From NCBI GenBank assembly GCA_016699405.1, contig CP064972.1, forward strand, positions 3,786,466 to 3,850,465: a DNA stretch of 64,000 nucleotides, written 5' to 3'. The translations under genes were made by a program, and so were the position numbers. The first letter of the stretch is position 1. Every line of letters begins with the position of its first letter. Positions 13,068 through 21,924 of the stretch are shown piece by piece. Below the pieces are notes generated by a model, which saw only the letters and a program-made list of their open reading frames with translations, was not told the DNA's origin and did no database searches. This DNA is from Holophagales bacterium. Lineage in GTDB: Bacteria; Acidobacteriota; Thermoanaerobaculia; Multivoradales; JAGPDF01.

Positions 13068-13261
13068 GTACATCTCAGTCGTCTAACGAGCACGCATCTC
13101 GCCGCGCTGACGAATCGCGACGCCTAGCTTGGTGCGGCGGTCTTGGAGGAAAAGGAAGGAGCTGGCCTGCGCCAGGCAGATGCTCGATGGGGATTTCCAG
13201 CGATCAACTGCCGTTTGCAGGTCGACCCGGCAATGCCCTCTCCGCATAGGAGGTTGAAGCA

Positions 13262-14557
13262 ATGGAGCTGAGGAGCGACTTTGGAGAGCGCACGATCAAC
13301 GAGCTCTGCCTCATGTTCCGCAGTGGGCAGATCAACCTCGCGCCTGGCTTTCAGCGCAAGTCGGTCTGGAGTCTGAGCGACAGGAGGCGGCTTATCCATT
13401 CAATCGCACGCTCCTACCCAGTGCCGTGCATCTTCCTCTACAAGCGCAACCTTCGCGGGCGGCTCGTCTACGACGTGATCGACGGCAAGCAGCGGCTCGA
13501 GTCGCTCTTCATGTTTCTCCGGCAAGGGAGATTCAAGGATCAGGCCTTCGAGGCGCGTCTCGAACTATCGAACGACTATGACTGGCTCGACTGGGGGACG
13601 ATCAAGCGACGGCTCCCGCATGACCGGCACCGTATCGAGTCGTACAAGATTCAGACTGTCGAGGTCGAGGGCGACCTTAGCGCCATCATCGACCTCTTCG
13701 TACGCATCAACTCGACTGGGAAGCCGCTGACGCCAGGAGAGAAGCGTCATGCTCGCTTCTTCACGAGCCGGTTCCTCAAGGAGGCCGAGCACCTCGTTTC
13801 ACGGAATCAGAGGTTCTACCTGGACAATGGCATTCTGTCTCGCTCCCAGCTAGACCGGATGAAGGGCACCGAGCTTGTTTCCGAGCTTCTCATGTCGATT
13901 CATCAGGGCGGACCAATCAACAAGAAGACCGCACTCGATCGCGCCATCGGCAACGAGAGTGTCAACGGCAATACCCTTGCTCGCGTAGTCAAGGAGTACA
14001 CCGCCACCTTGACCATCATCAAGAGGTTGCTCCCGGACATTCGAAGAACCCGATTCAGGAATACGGCAGACTTCTACTCCCTCTTCATGCTCCTCTGGGA
14101 GCTACGAGGGAAGAAGCTCGCCTTGACCGACCGCCGGCGGGGAGCGATCGCTGGTCAACTTCTCCTTCGACTCTCCAATGGAGTCGACGAGCTGAGGGAC
14201 CGACTTCGGCGAGCAAAGCCAGCAAGACAAGACCAACAGTTCTACGCTCGCTATCTTCTTACCGTGCAAGGCGACACGGATAGTGCCGCCAACCGCCAGC
14301 GCCGGGCAGAGATTCTACGGGGCCTTCTCTCTTCCGTCTTCGAGTTCAAGGACGACCGGCGCGGCTTTTCCCAAGAGCAGCGACGGCTAATCTGGAATCG
14401 CGAGGAGAAGAGGGCTTGTACGAAGTGTCGCCGGTCGCTCACCTGGAGTGATTTCACGGTCGATCATGTGAAGGCATGGGCTCGAGGGGGCAAGACCGCT
14501 CTGACGAATGCCCAACTGCTTTGCCGCGCATGCAACAGCAAGAAGGGTGCCCGATAG
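13262..14557 (+). CDS. GmrSD/BrxU-like modification-dependent restriction enzyme: DUF262 (ParB-like NTPase) N-domain fused to C-terminal HNH nuclease
   Basis: DUF262 signature (QINLAPGFQRKSVWS, DGKQRLESL) plus C-terminal HNH (CTKCRRSL...TVDHVKAWARGG...NAQLLCRACNSKK). Good SD (AGGAGG) before ATG. GC well below window average. Confidence 0.85.
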   Translation: MELRSDFGERTINELCLMFRSGQINLAPGFQRKSVWSLSDRRRLIHSIARSYPVPCIFLYKRNLRGRLVYDVIDGKQRLESLFMFLRQGRFKDQAFEARLELSNDYDWLDWGTIKRRLPHDRHRIESYKIQTVEVEGDLSAIIDLFVRINSTGKPLTPGEKRHARFFTSRFLKEAEHLVSRNQRFYLDNGILSRSQLDRMKGTELVSELLMSIHQGGPINKKTALDRAIGNESVNGNTLARVVKEYTATLTIIKRLLPDIRRTRFRNTADFYSLFMLLWELRGKKLALTDRRRGAIAGQLLLRLSNGVDELRDRLRRAKPARQDQQFYARYLLTVQGDTDSAANRQRRAEILRGLLSSVFEFKDDRRGFSQEQRRLIWNREEKRACTKCRRSLTWSDFTVDHVKAWARGGKTALTNAQLLCRACNSKKGAR

Positions 14558-14622
14558 CCGGGACTTCGCCCTTCACGACAGGTACTGGTGTCCCCTTCAG
14601 CTACCCCGCGACGGCCAAGGCG

Positions 14623-15057
14623 ATGACACCCGAGCCGGTACTTCTCCGTCGTGGCAAGGCCTTCCACCAGCGGGTTCAGGCGGACTGGCTGGCCAACGCT
14701 TCGGGAGGCACGGTGCGGCTCGAGCACCCGGTGGAAGTTCGCCACCTCCCGGCCGGCGCTCGACATTTCCGGCGCGGCCGCATCGACGTCTTCGTCGACC
14801 CGTCAGGCGATTTCGTGACGGTGGTGGAGATCAAGGCTACGGCATGGGACCGGATCAAGCCTGCTAACCGCCGCAAGCTGCTCGCCTCCCATCGACGCCA
14901 GGTCATGAAGTACGCCGATACCTACATCGACCGCGACGAGCTCTGGGTCTGTGCCGGCGTCATCTACGCCTCTCCGCCTCGAGACCTGGCAATGCGCAGC
15001 GAAATCGAGAGGTACTTCGAGGAGAACGCACTACAGATCGTCTGGTACGACGAGTGA
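14623..15057 (+). CDS. small PD-(D/E)xK-like nuclease-fold protein (hypothetical)
   Basis: RIDVFVDPSGDFVTVVEIKAT resembles the D...(D/E)xK restriction-endonuclease-fold core. Start chosen at ATG 14623 (MTPEPV...); the track ORF starts earlier at 14476. Stop overlaps start of next gene (GTGA). Confidence 0.5.
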   Translation: MTPEPVLLRRGKAFHQRVQADWLANASGGTVRLEHPVEVRHLPAGARHFRRGRIDVFVDPSGDFVTVVEIKATAWDRIKPANRRKLLASHRRQVMKYADTYIDRDELWVCAGVIYASPPRDLAMRSEIERYFEENALQIVWYDE

Positions 15058-16340
15058 GGCGAGGCACCTGCATGCAAGAGATCGATCCCGAGATCCGAGA
15101 GTCTGTCGCCGACGTCACTTTGGGCTTCGTCGAGGAGGCGCTCGCCTGCGATATCGAGAAGTCTCTCCTGGCCGGCCTAGGGCGAGGAGCAGTCTTCGAG
15201 GACCCGGGCGGCCCGGACGACCTATTTAGATCCGCCGTGGCAAGGGCGATCCGCGCGATCCACGCCAAGGACGCCGACGGACTGATGCCGCAGTTCCTGG
15301 CCAAGGGTCCTTACTTCGATGCGGGGGAGATTCCCCAAGAGAGGATGGCCGACTTTCTGTCCGACGAGTCCGTTGCGGCAGCGATCCGGTTCATTCACTC
15401 CTCGGCGATCAACAGCTTCCAGGGAGCGCTCGCCGAGCTGCTCGCCGTGGGACCGGTCTGCGCCATCGTCGAGCGCGTCTTCGGTTCGAACAGCCCGCGC
15501 GTCTTCTGCGGGGATACCGTCCTCGCACGCAAGCCGCGAATCGGTTCCTGGGGAAAGGCCGCCGACCTGCACCTTCTCGATGTCCAGGGCGAGGGCACTT
15601 TAGCGGAGGCCTTCGTCCGCGGCGTCGTCGAGGTGAAGTCCTACATCACCACCCCCGAGAAGCTACGGTTTCAGGTGGCTCAACACCTGAAGCGCCCAAG
15701 TCGAGGCCTCCTCGTCCAGGGCCACGAGATCTCGATGGAGCGAGTTCGACCTGACCCGAAGGGTTCGCCGCCGATCGAGATCATGGTCGTCCCCAGCGAC
15801 TGGGCCCTCTCTCGCGAGATCTGCTTCGACCGGGATGGTGACCGGATCTTCCTCGCCCAGGTTCCGGTCATTCCTCCCCAAGAACTGGACCGCATCGAGA
15901 TGCTCGAAGAGGGACGCTGGCTCGTTACCCTCCGCTGGTCGCAGGAAGCGCTGGCTTCGGTGGCCTATGAGATGACCTTCTGGTACCTGGGGCAGCTCGG
16001 CCAGTTGGCCTACGGGGAGGATCGGCCGCGAGGCTGGGAGGACCTGCCCCCAGAAGAGGCCGGCCGCGAGGCCGCCAAGATGATGCTCTACTACTCCATT
16101 CTCCGGGCCCGCACCACGCGAGAAGCTAGCCGCGCCATCGCACTCTTTAACAGCTACGGCTTCGGCTACGCTCTTGGCGCCCACTTCGTCGATCACAAGG
16201 GAACGAGACAGGAGCTCTTCTTCGAGGACCTCGAGCAGATTGCTCAGAACGGTATTTCGCGCACCGAGTCGATCGAGTTCCAGGACAAGGAAAGCGGTCG
16301 AGTACGAGTTATTCCACCTGCCCGCTGCAGAATCCGCTGA
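15054..16340 (+). CDS. hypothetical protein (428 aa) with internal PD-(D/E)xK-like motif; no recognisable family
   Basis: Long ORF with a compositional island distinct from flanks. DLHLLDVQGEGTLAEAFVRGVVEVKSY resembles a nuclease-fold core. Start GTG 15054 or ATG 15072. Confidence 0.55.
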   Translation: MRRGTCMQEIDPEIRESVADVTLGFVEEALACDIEKSLLAGLGRGAVFEDPGGPDDLFRSAVARAIRAIHAKDADGLMPQFLAKGPYFDAGEIPQERMADFLSDESVAAAIRFIHSSAINSFQGALAELLAVGPVCAIVERVFGSNSPRVFCGDTVLARKPRIGSWGKAADLHLLDVQGEGTLAEAFVRGVVEVKSYITTPEKLRFQVAQHLKRPSRGLLVQGHEISMERVRPDPKGSPPIEIMVVPSDWALSREICFDRDGDRIFLAQVPVIPPQELDRIEMLEEGRWLVTLRWSQEALASVAYEMTFWYLGQLGQLAYGEDRPRGWEDLPPEEAGREAAKMMLYYSILRARTTREASRAIALFNSYGFGYALGAHFVDHKGTRQELFFEDLEQIAQNGISRTESIEFQDKESGRVRVIPPARCRIR

Positions 16341-16373
16341 TTCGCGAGGTCACTCGCCAAGGAGACCGCCCCC

Positions 16374-17414
16374 ATGCCCACCGACACCCGAATCTGGAGA
16401 GTCACCCAAGGCGACCGTCTCGAGGAGATTCCCTCCGGCCGCCTCGACCGGGAGGAGCGCCTCGAGGCCTGGCTGGAGCGCGACATCGGCATCCTCTCGC
16501 CCAACCTGATGGTCATCGGCCGCCAGGTGCAAACCGACCATGGCGGCTTCATCGACCTACTCTGCATCGACGAGAGCGGCAATCTGACGATTGTCGAGAT
16601 GAAGCGGGACAAGACACCGCGCGAGATCACCGCTCAGGCACTCGACTATGCGTCGTGGGTCGCAGAGCTGTCCCACGAGGACGTCACGAGGATCGCGGAG
16701 GGCTACCTCGCGGCCTCTGGGACGAGCTTCGCTGCAGCATTCCAGGCGCGCTTCAACTCCGACATCCCGGAAATCCTCAACGAAAACCACTCGATGGTCG
16801 TTCTCGGCTCGCGCATCGATGACAGTTCGGAAAGGATCGTGCGGTACCTTTCGGAGAAGTTCGACGTGCCGATCAACGCCGCGAGCTTTCGATTCCTTGG
16901 ATCGCCCGAGAAGGGCGGGGAGTTTCTTGCGCGGACCTTCCTCCTCGAGCCGTCCGAGGTCGTCTCGGGAGGTGGGCCGAAGTCCAAGCGGGCGCCCAAC
17001 CTCAGCCCGGAACAGTTGGCTGAGGTCGCGACCGAGATGGGCGTCCGCCCTTTGTATGACCTGCTCGCGAGCGGCTTCCACCGTCACTTCAGGCGACAGA
17101 CGACCAAGACCTCTCTCGCCTTCACCGCCAGGATCGGCAGCAGCCGGAACACGGTTCTGACTTTGATTCCGGAGGAGAGCAGCGCCGAGTCCGGCGTGTC
17201 GTTCCACGCCTACACGAACCGCCTCTCAGCCGTGCTCGGCATGCCATCGGAGGAGATCAAGGCCCAGCTTCCGGCAGCGGCGAGGAACTGGCAATACGTC
17301 GGGACGGACCCCGACTGGTCGGGACTCGCCGGCCATTTCGATTCCGAGTCTGCCCGTCGGTTCCTCGCTTTTCTTGATGGGTGTGCAGCGCTCGAGGAGC
17401 CGGGCAACGGCTAG
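16374..17414 (+). CDS. NucS/DUF91-like endonuclease-fold protein
   Basis: RLEAWLERDIGILSPNLMVIGRQVQTDHGGFIDLLCIDESGNLTIVEMKRDK matches the conserved IDLLaxDxxGxLVVIELKR core of NucS/DUF91 PD-(D/E)xK nucleases. 33-bp gap to upstream gene. Confidence 0.65.
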   Translation: MPTDTRIWRVTQGDRLEEIPSGRLDREERLEAWLERDIGILSPNLMVIGRQVQTDHGGFIDLLCIDESGNLTIVEMKRDKTPREITAQALDYASWVAELSHEDVTRIAEGYLAASGTSFAAAFQARFNSDIPEILNENHSMVVLGSRIDDSSERIVRYLSEKFDVPINAASFRFLGSPEKGGEFLARTFLLEPSEVVSGGGPKSKRAPNLSPEQLAEVATEMGVRPLYDLLASGFHRHFRRQTTKTSLAFTARIGSSRNTVLTLIPEESSAESGVSFHAYTNRLSAVLGMPSEEIKAQLPAAARNWQYVGTDPDWSGLAGHFDSESARRFLAFLDGCAALEEPGNG

Positions 17415-17759
17415 AGCCAGGGCTCGCCCCGAGCAACTTGAGCTGCCACCGCTCTCGGTTTCATGGCCCATGACTAGACCAGAGGCAGCAGCGAAGTTGA
17501 CTCGCAGCTTCTCGCCCATCCCGGCGCCTCATCTCGAGCCGCCCCTGCCCGCCACCCTTCCATCACCCAGGACTCGACCGAGATCCTGATCGTCGGCCTC
17601 ATCCGTCCGCCGGAGGCCGGCAAGCCCTTCCTCGTGGAAACCCACCTGCGAGCGCAGCGGAATCGCCACCCTCGCAGGTGGTGCACTCTCTTCCTTGAGC
17701 CCTGGATTCTCCCCGTCTACCCAGGGTCTTTCCGAGTATCTACGCGGGCACCCGGAAGC

Positions 17760-19574
17760 TCAGTGCCCCTGATCGTGAGGAATTCGCACCGTGGTCGTCG
17801 TTCTGGCGCGGTTTCCCGACGAATCGCCACAGACGATCCCGAGGGTGTAGATCCGGTCACCGGCACTTCCATCGCGTTCGGCCCGGAGCCAGACCGTCGT
17901 GGCGCTGGCGATCTGCCAGTCCGGGTTCGTGCTGCCGCCTCCCGTCGAACCCGTCCCCTGGTTCGAGGAGACATCCGCGATGGCACAGGCCGGGCGCGGG
18001 TCACAGCCGTCCACCACGGCGGCGGTGACCTTCACGAGGACCATCTTGTGATTCGGCGGCCAGAGCTGCGCCGGGCTCGGGGAGACGGTGCCCATCACCG
18101 GGGGCGTCTGATCGAGGACGCGGGCCACTGCGGTGTCGGAGTCGACACCGCCCTGTCCGTCGTTGACGGTCAGCAGGAACTGGTGAACGCCGAGCGGCAG
18201 AGAGAACTGCGGCGAGGTGCTGCTCGAGGTGAAGCCGGTGTCGCTCTGCCAGGCGAAGGCCAGCGAGTCCCCGTCAGGATCGGATGACCGGGAGCCGTCG
18301 AGAGTCACCTGGCCACGGCAATCCGCGCCTGCCGCCACCGTTCGGTCGTCACCGGCATCGGCAGTGGGCTCGCCGTTGAGCCGCGAGAAGACCGCAAGCG
18401 CGTTGTCGTCGTGGCCCGCGACATAGACGTTCCTGCTGTCCGGACTGGTGGTCACGTCGGACCCTCCCGCCAGACCATCGATGCCGTTGACGCCATCCAG
18501 GAACGCCTGGCTGAAGGCGAGGCGACCGTCCGCGGAATTGCGAGCGAAGACGACCAGCGAGCCGTGACCTTTGGTGTAGACCCAGCGACCGTCCGGGCTC
18601 ACCGCCACCGCATTCGTCCGGACCATTCCGTAAGCGCCACCCATCCCGTCTCGCTGCGCCTCGAGGTAAGTCAGCTCACCTGTCGCCGGATTGCGAGCGA
18701 AGACCGCCAGCGCATTGTCCTCCGTTCCCGCTCCATAGACGTTCCGGCCGTCCGGGCTGATGGCGAGCTTGTACACTCCGTACAGCCCATCGACTCCTCC
18801 GACACCATCCCGGTAGGAAGCCACGAACGACAGCTCGCCTGTTGATTCGTTCCTGGCGAAGGCGGAGATCGAGTTGTCGAGGATCCCGACGCCGTAGACG
18901 TTCTTCCCGTCCGAGCTCACCGCGATCGCGGTCCCGCCGAACAGGCCGTCGACGCCCCCAACCCCGTCGCGCAGGGTCTGCCGGTAGTTCAGCTCGCCAG
19001 TTGCAGGGTCCCTGTCCCAGACCACGATGCTGTCGGCGTTGCTGGTTGGCGCGTAGACCGAGAGGCCGTCCGGACTGACGAAAGGACCGCGCACGTTCGC
19101 CACCGAGGGACTGCCGATGCCACCCGTTTCCACCTCGACCACGGTCAGGGCTCCGGAGAGCGCATCCCTCCTGAAGACCACGATTCGATCGTTGTAGCTC
19201 CAGGGACCATAGCCAGCGCCGGAGACGTAGACGTTGCGACCGTCCGGACTCACCGAAACGTCGATGGCACCCATCAGCACGTCGACGCTCGCGACGGTGT
19301 CGTCGGCAACACCTGCGAACGTCAGTCTTCCAGTAGCGGCGTCTCGTTGAAAGATCGAGACGATCCCAGTGAAGAGCGGGTAGTCGTGGTCGGTGACGTA
19401 GACGTGCCGGCCGTCGGGACTGACGGCAACCGAGAACGCTCCGCCCAATCCGACGACACCGTCGACCCCCTTTCTATGAAGCTCCACGAACTGGAGGTCC
19501 GCTGCCCAGCCGCCAGAAATCGAAAGGGCGAGCCCGACTACGGTGAGCACCACTGCGAGAATCGATCGCCGCAC
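17760..19574 (-). CDS. secreted beta-propeller (lactonase/YVTN-like repeats) protein with PKD-like domain, paralog A
   Basis: Signal peptide, ~8 repeats of SPDGxxVYV...DxxxxxF, PKD-like segment (DAGDDRTV...DGSRSSDPDGDSLAFAW), C-terminal LWPPNHKMV motif. GTG start with GGAGGA SD. ~75-80% identical to gene at 27937-29751. Confidence 0.8.
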   Translation of the reverse strand: MRRSILAVVLTVVGLALSISGGWAADLQFVELHRKGVDGVVGLGGAFSVAVSPDGRHVYVTDHDYPLFTGIVSIFQRDAATGRLTFAGVADDTVASVDVLMGAIDVSVSPDGRNVYVSGAGYGPWSYNDRIVVFRRDALSGALTVVEVETGGIGSPSVANVRGPFVSPDGLSVYAPTSNADSIVVWDRDPATGELNYRQTLRDGVGGVDGLFGGTAIAVSSDGKNVYGVGILDNSISAFARNESTGELSFVASYRDGVGGVDGLYGVYKLAISPDGRNVYGAGTEDNALAVFARNPATGELTYLEAQRDGMGGAYGMVRTNAVAVSPDGRWVYTKGHGSLVVFARNSADGRLAFSQAFLDGVNGIDGLAGGSDVTTSPDSRNVYVAGHDDNALAVFSRLNGEPTADAGDDRTVAAGADCRGQVTLDGSRSSDPDGDSLAFAWQSDTGFTSSSTSPQFSLPLGVHQFLLTVNDGQGGVDSDTAVARVLDQTPPVMGTVSPSPAQLWPPNHKMVLVKVTAAVVDGCDPRPACAIADVSSNQGTGSTGGGSTNPDWQIASATTVWLRAERDGSAGDRIYTLGIVCGDSSGNRARTTTTVRIPHDQGH

Positions 19575-19629
19575 AGATTCCTCCGGTCAGCCCGGTGGTA
19601 GTTGGAGTCCGGACTGCGTTGCGGAAGAT

Positions 19630-19653
19630 GGCAAGGCACATGCCAGGCCTTGC
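19630..19653 (-). promoter_or_regulatory. palindromic operator-like motif GGCAAGGCAcaTGCCAGGCCTTGC, 56-79 nt upstream of paralog A start
   Basis: Inverted repeat GCAAGGC...GCCTTGC. A near-identical motif sits at the same distance upstream of paralog B (29805-29827). Confidence 0.5.
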
Positions 19654-19834
19654 ACCTGCTTTCAGGCGGGTTTCTCCTCGAATCGGCGAACCTGTTTCGC
19701 GGCTCGTGTAACGACCTTGTCGGTGTGCGCCCAATCCCTTGGCGAGAGCCCGACGCTGTCCTAAGAGCGCGCGCTGATGCCTCCCCGCTTCTCGCCTCGG
19801 AGCGATTCGCGTAGTCTTCCGACGCAGCCTCGCC

Positions 19835-20815
19835 ATGCGCTACTGGTGGGTCAACCAGAACCAGACCTTCCGCCAGGAGTTCGGCGGCGGTTATCTCTGG
19901 TCGCCCAAGCGCAAGGCGGACGGGCATCGCAACGCCTTCTACGAGTCGATGCGCGAGGTGGCGCCGGGGGATCTGGTGTTCTCGTTCGCCGACACGCGCA
20001 TCCGGGCCTTCGGGTTGGTGCGGTCGCACGCCTACGAGAATCCGAAGCCCGCGGAGTTCGGCTCGGCGGGGCGCAACTGGGAGAGCGTCGGCTGGCGGGT
20101 CGATGTCGAGTGGCACCCGGTGCACACGGTCGTGCGGCCCGTCGAGTGGATGGAGTTCCTGCGTCCGCTGCTCCCAGCCAAGTACTCTCCCCTGCTGCCC
20201 GACGGGCGCGGCGTGCAGGCCGTCTACCTCGCCGAGCTATCCAAGCCTCTGGCCCTGCAGCTCGCCCACCTCGTGGGGAGTGAGGTCGAGGCGATCGCGC
20301 GGACCGAGACCGTCGCCGAGGTCGCCGCCGACACCGCGCATCCCGAGCTTGCCCTGTGGGAGGAGCACCTTCGCCGGCGCATCGAGGACGACGCCTCGCT
20401 TCCCGACACCGAGCGCGAAGCGCTCGTGCTCGCCCGCCGCGGCCAGGGCCTCTTCCGCCAGCGGGTGCAGCTCCTCGAACAGCGCTGCCGCGTCACCGGC
20501 GTCGATCGCCTCGAGCACCTGCGCGCCAGCCACTGCAAGCCGTGGCGCGACAGCGACAACGCCGAGCGGCTCGACGGGGAGAACGGGCTGCTGCTGACGC
20601 CGTCGATCGACCATCTGTTCGATCGGGGGTTCATCTCTTTCCGCGAGGACGGGCGGCTGCTCGTGTCGCCGGTGGCCCACGGCCCGTCGCTCGCACGGAT
20701 GGGCGTGCCGGTCGATCGCGAGCTGTTCGTGGGCGGGTTCAGCACCGGGCAGGGGCGGTATCTCGAGTTCCATCGCGACCAGGTGTGGCTCGCGGCGCAG
20801 CGAACGGGAGGGTGA
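19835..20815 (+). CDS. EVE/PUA-like domain fused to HNH_2 endonuclease (type IV, modification-dependent restriction-like)
   Basis: N-terminal MRYWWVNQNQTF...NAFYESMREVAPGDLVFSF resembles EVE/PUA modified-base readers. C-terminal LEHLRASHCKPWRDSDNAERLDGENGLLLTPSIDHLFDRGFISF is the HNH_2 (PF13391-type) motif found in ScoMcrA/TagI-like enzymes. Confidence 0.8.
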   Translation: MRYWWVNQNQTFRQEFGGGYLWSPKRKADGHRNAFYESMREVAPGDLVFSFADTRIRAFGLVRSHAYENPKPAEFGSAGRNWESVGWRVDVEWHPVHTVVRPVEWMEFLRPLLPAKYSPLLPDGRGVQAVYLAELSKPLALQLAHLVGSEVEAIARTETVAEVAADTAHPELALWEEHLRRRIEDDASLPDTEREALVLARRGQGLFRQRVQLLEQRCRVTGVDRLEHLRASHCKPWRDSDNAERLDGENGLLLTPSIDHLFDRGFISFREDGRLLVSPVAHGPSLARMGVPVDRELFVGGFSTGQGRYLEFHRDQVWLAAQRTGG

Positions 20816-21104
20816 CGAGTCGCCGGTCGGTTCACCGGCCGCCCGGCCGCCCGGATCCCTCGCTCTCGCGCTCGGGACGACGAGGGGACTTGGTTGCGCC
20901 GCTCTCCTTTCCCGAGGAAGGGGCACGGACGAGCTCTCTTGCCGTCGGCGCGGAGCTCGCCTTGGAGCGGCTGAGGCCGCACGACACGTTCCGCTCAGCG
21001 GTCCGCAGATCATCCCTTCTCCCGCCGCTTCTCGGACCGGCCGGATCCGCGGTCCTGCCTGCCGAGCGGCCCGATGGCACAATCGAGCTCACGGGAAGAG
21101 GCGA

Positions 21105-21413
21105 ATGCACCAGCTCATCGAAGCAGAACTGACGGAGGTCGCGGCGCTCTGCCGCCGCTACGGCGCCCGCCGGCTCGAGCTCTTCGGCTCGGCCACTCGG
21201 CGGGATTTCGACCTGGCGACGAGCGACATCGACCTGCTCGTCGACCTCGATCCGCCTCCCAGCCTGGGTTACGCCGACGCCTACTTCGGGCTCAAGGAGG
21301 CGCTCGAGAAGCTCTTCGCGCGCCCCGTCGACCTGGTGAGCCGCGCTGCCGTTCGCAATCCCTACTTCCGGCGCGAGATCGAATCGTCGCGCCGCTTGCT
21401 CGATGCAGCCTGA
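21105..21413 (+). CDS. minimal nucleotidyltransferase (MNT) antitoxin-type protein
   Basis: LFGSATRRDFDLATSDIDLLVDLD is the GS...DxD polymerase-beta-like NTase signature of MntA/DUF1814-type antitoxins. Overlaps start of downstream HEPN ORF. Confidence 0.85.
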   Translation: MHQLIEAELTEVAALCRRYGARRLELFGSATRRDFDLATSDIDLLVDLDPPPSLGYADAYFGLKEALEKLFARPVDLVSRAAVRNPYFRREIESSRRLLDAA

Positions 21414-21741
21414 GGCCAAGAAGTTCCTTTGGGACGCCAGCACGGCGGCTGCACGAGTGGCTTCGTTCGTCGCGGGCAAGAGCCTCGACGACTAACTCTC
21501 GGATGATCTGATTCGCTCGGCCGTCGAGCGGCAGCTCGAGATCGTCGGCGAAGCCTGCAACCAGCTCGCTCGACTCGACCCCGAGACGGGAGCGCGCATC
21601 CCCGAGCTCGGTCGCCTGGTCGCGTTCCGCAATGTCCTCGCCCACGGTGACGCGATCGTCGACGATCGACTCGTCTGGGACCTCGTCCAAGCCAAGCTCC
21701 CCCAGCTCGCCAAGGTTCTCGCCGACCTCTTGGCCGAGTAG
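21403..21741 (+). pseudogene. HEPN (DUF86, HepT-like) toxin gene interrupted by in-frame TAA stop at ~21493
   Basis: Reading from ATG 21403: MQPEAKKFLWDASTAAARVASFVAGKSLDD, TAA, then LSDDLIRSAVERQLEIVGEACNQL...LVAFRNVLAHGDAIVDD (R-x4-H HEPN motif) through TAG 21739-21741. This matches full-length DUF86 on both sides of the stop; no in-frame restart codon after the stop. Confidence 0.7.
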
Positions 21742-21924
21742 GGGCCGGTCTCGCAGCAAGGGCTCCGCACGGCTCGCCCACGGCGACTCCCGTTCGTGCT
21801 TCTCGTGTTCGCGAAGACTCGACCGCTCGCCGGGGCGAGCCCGGTGTCCCCTTTCTCCCCGTTTCGTCGAGATAAGCTCCGGGGCCGATCTGGATCCGGC
21901 TCCCGGCCCGCGGAGGAGGTCGCG

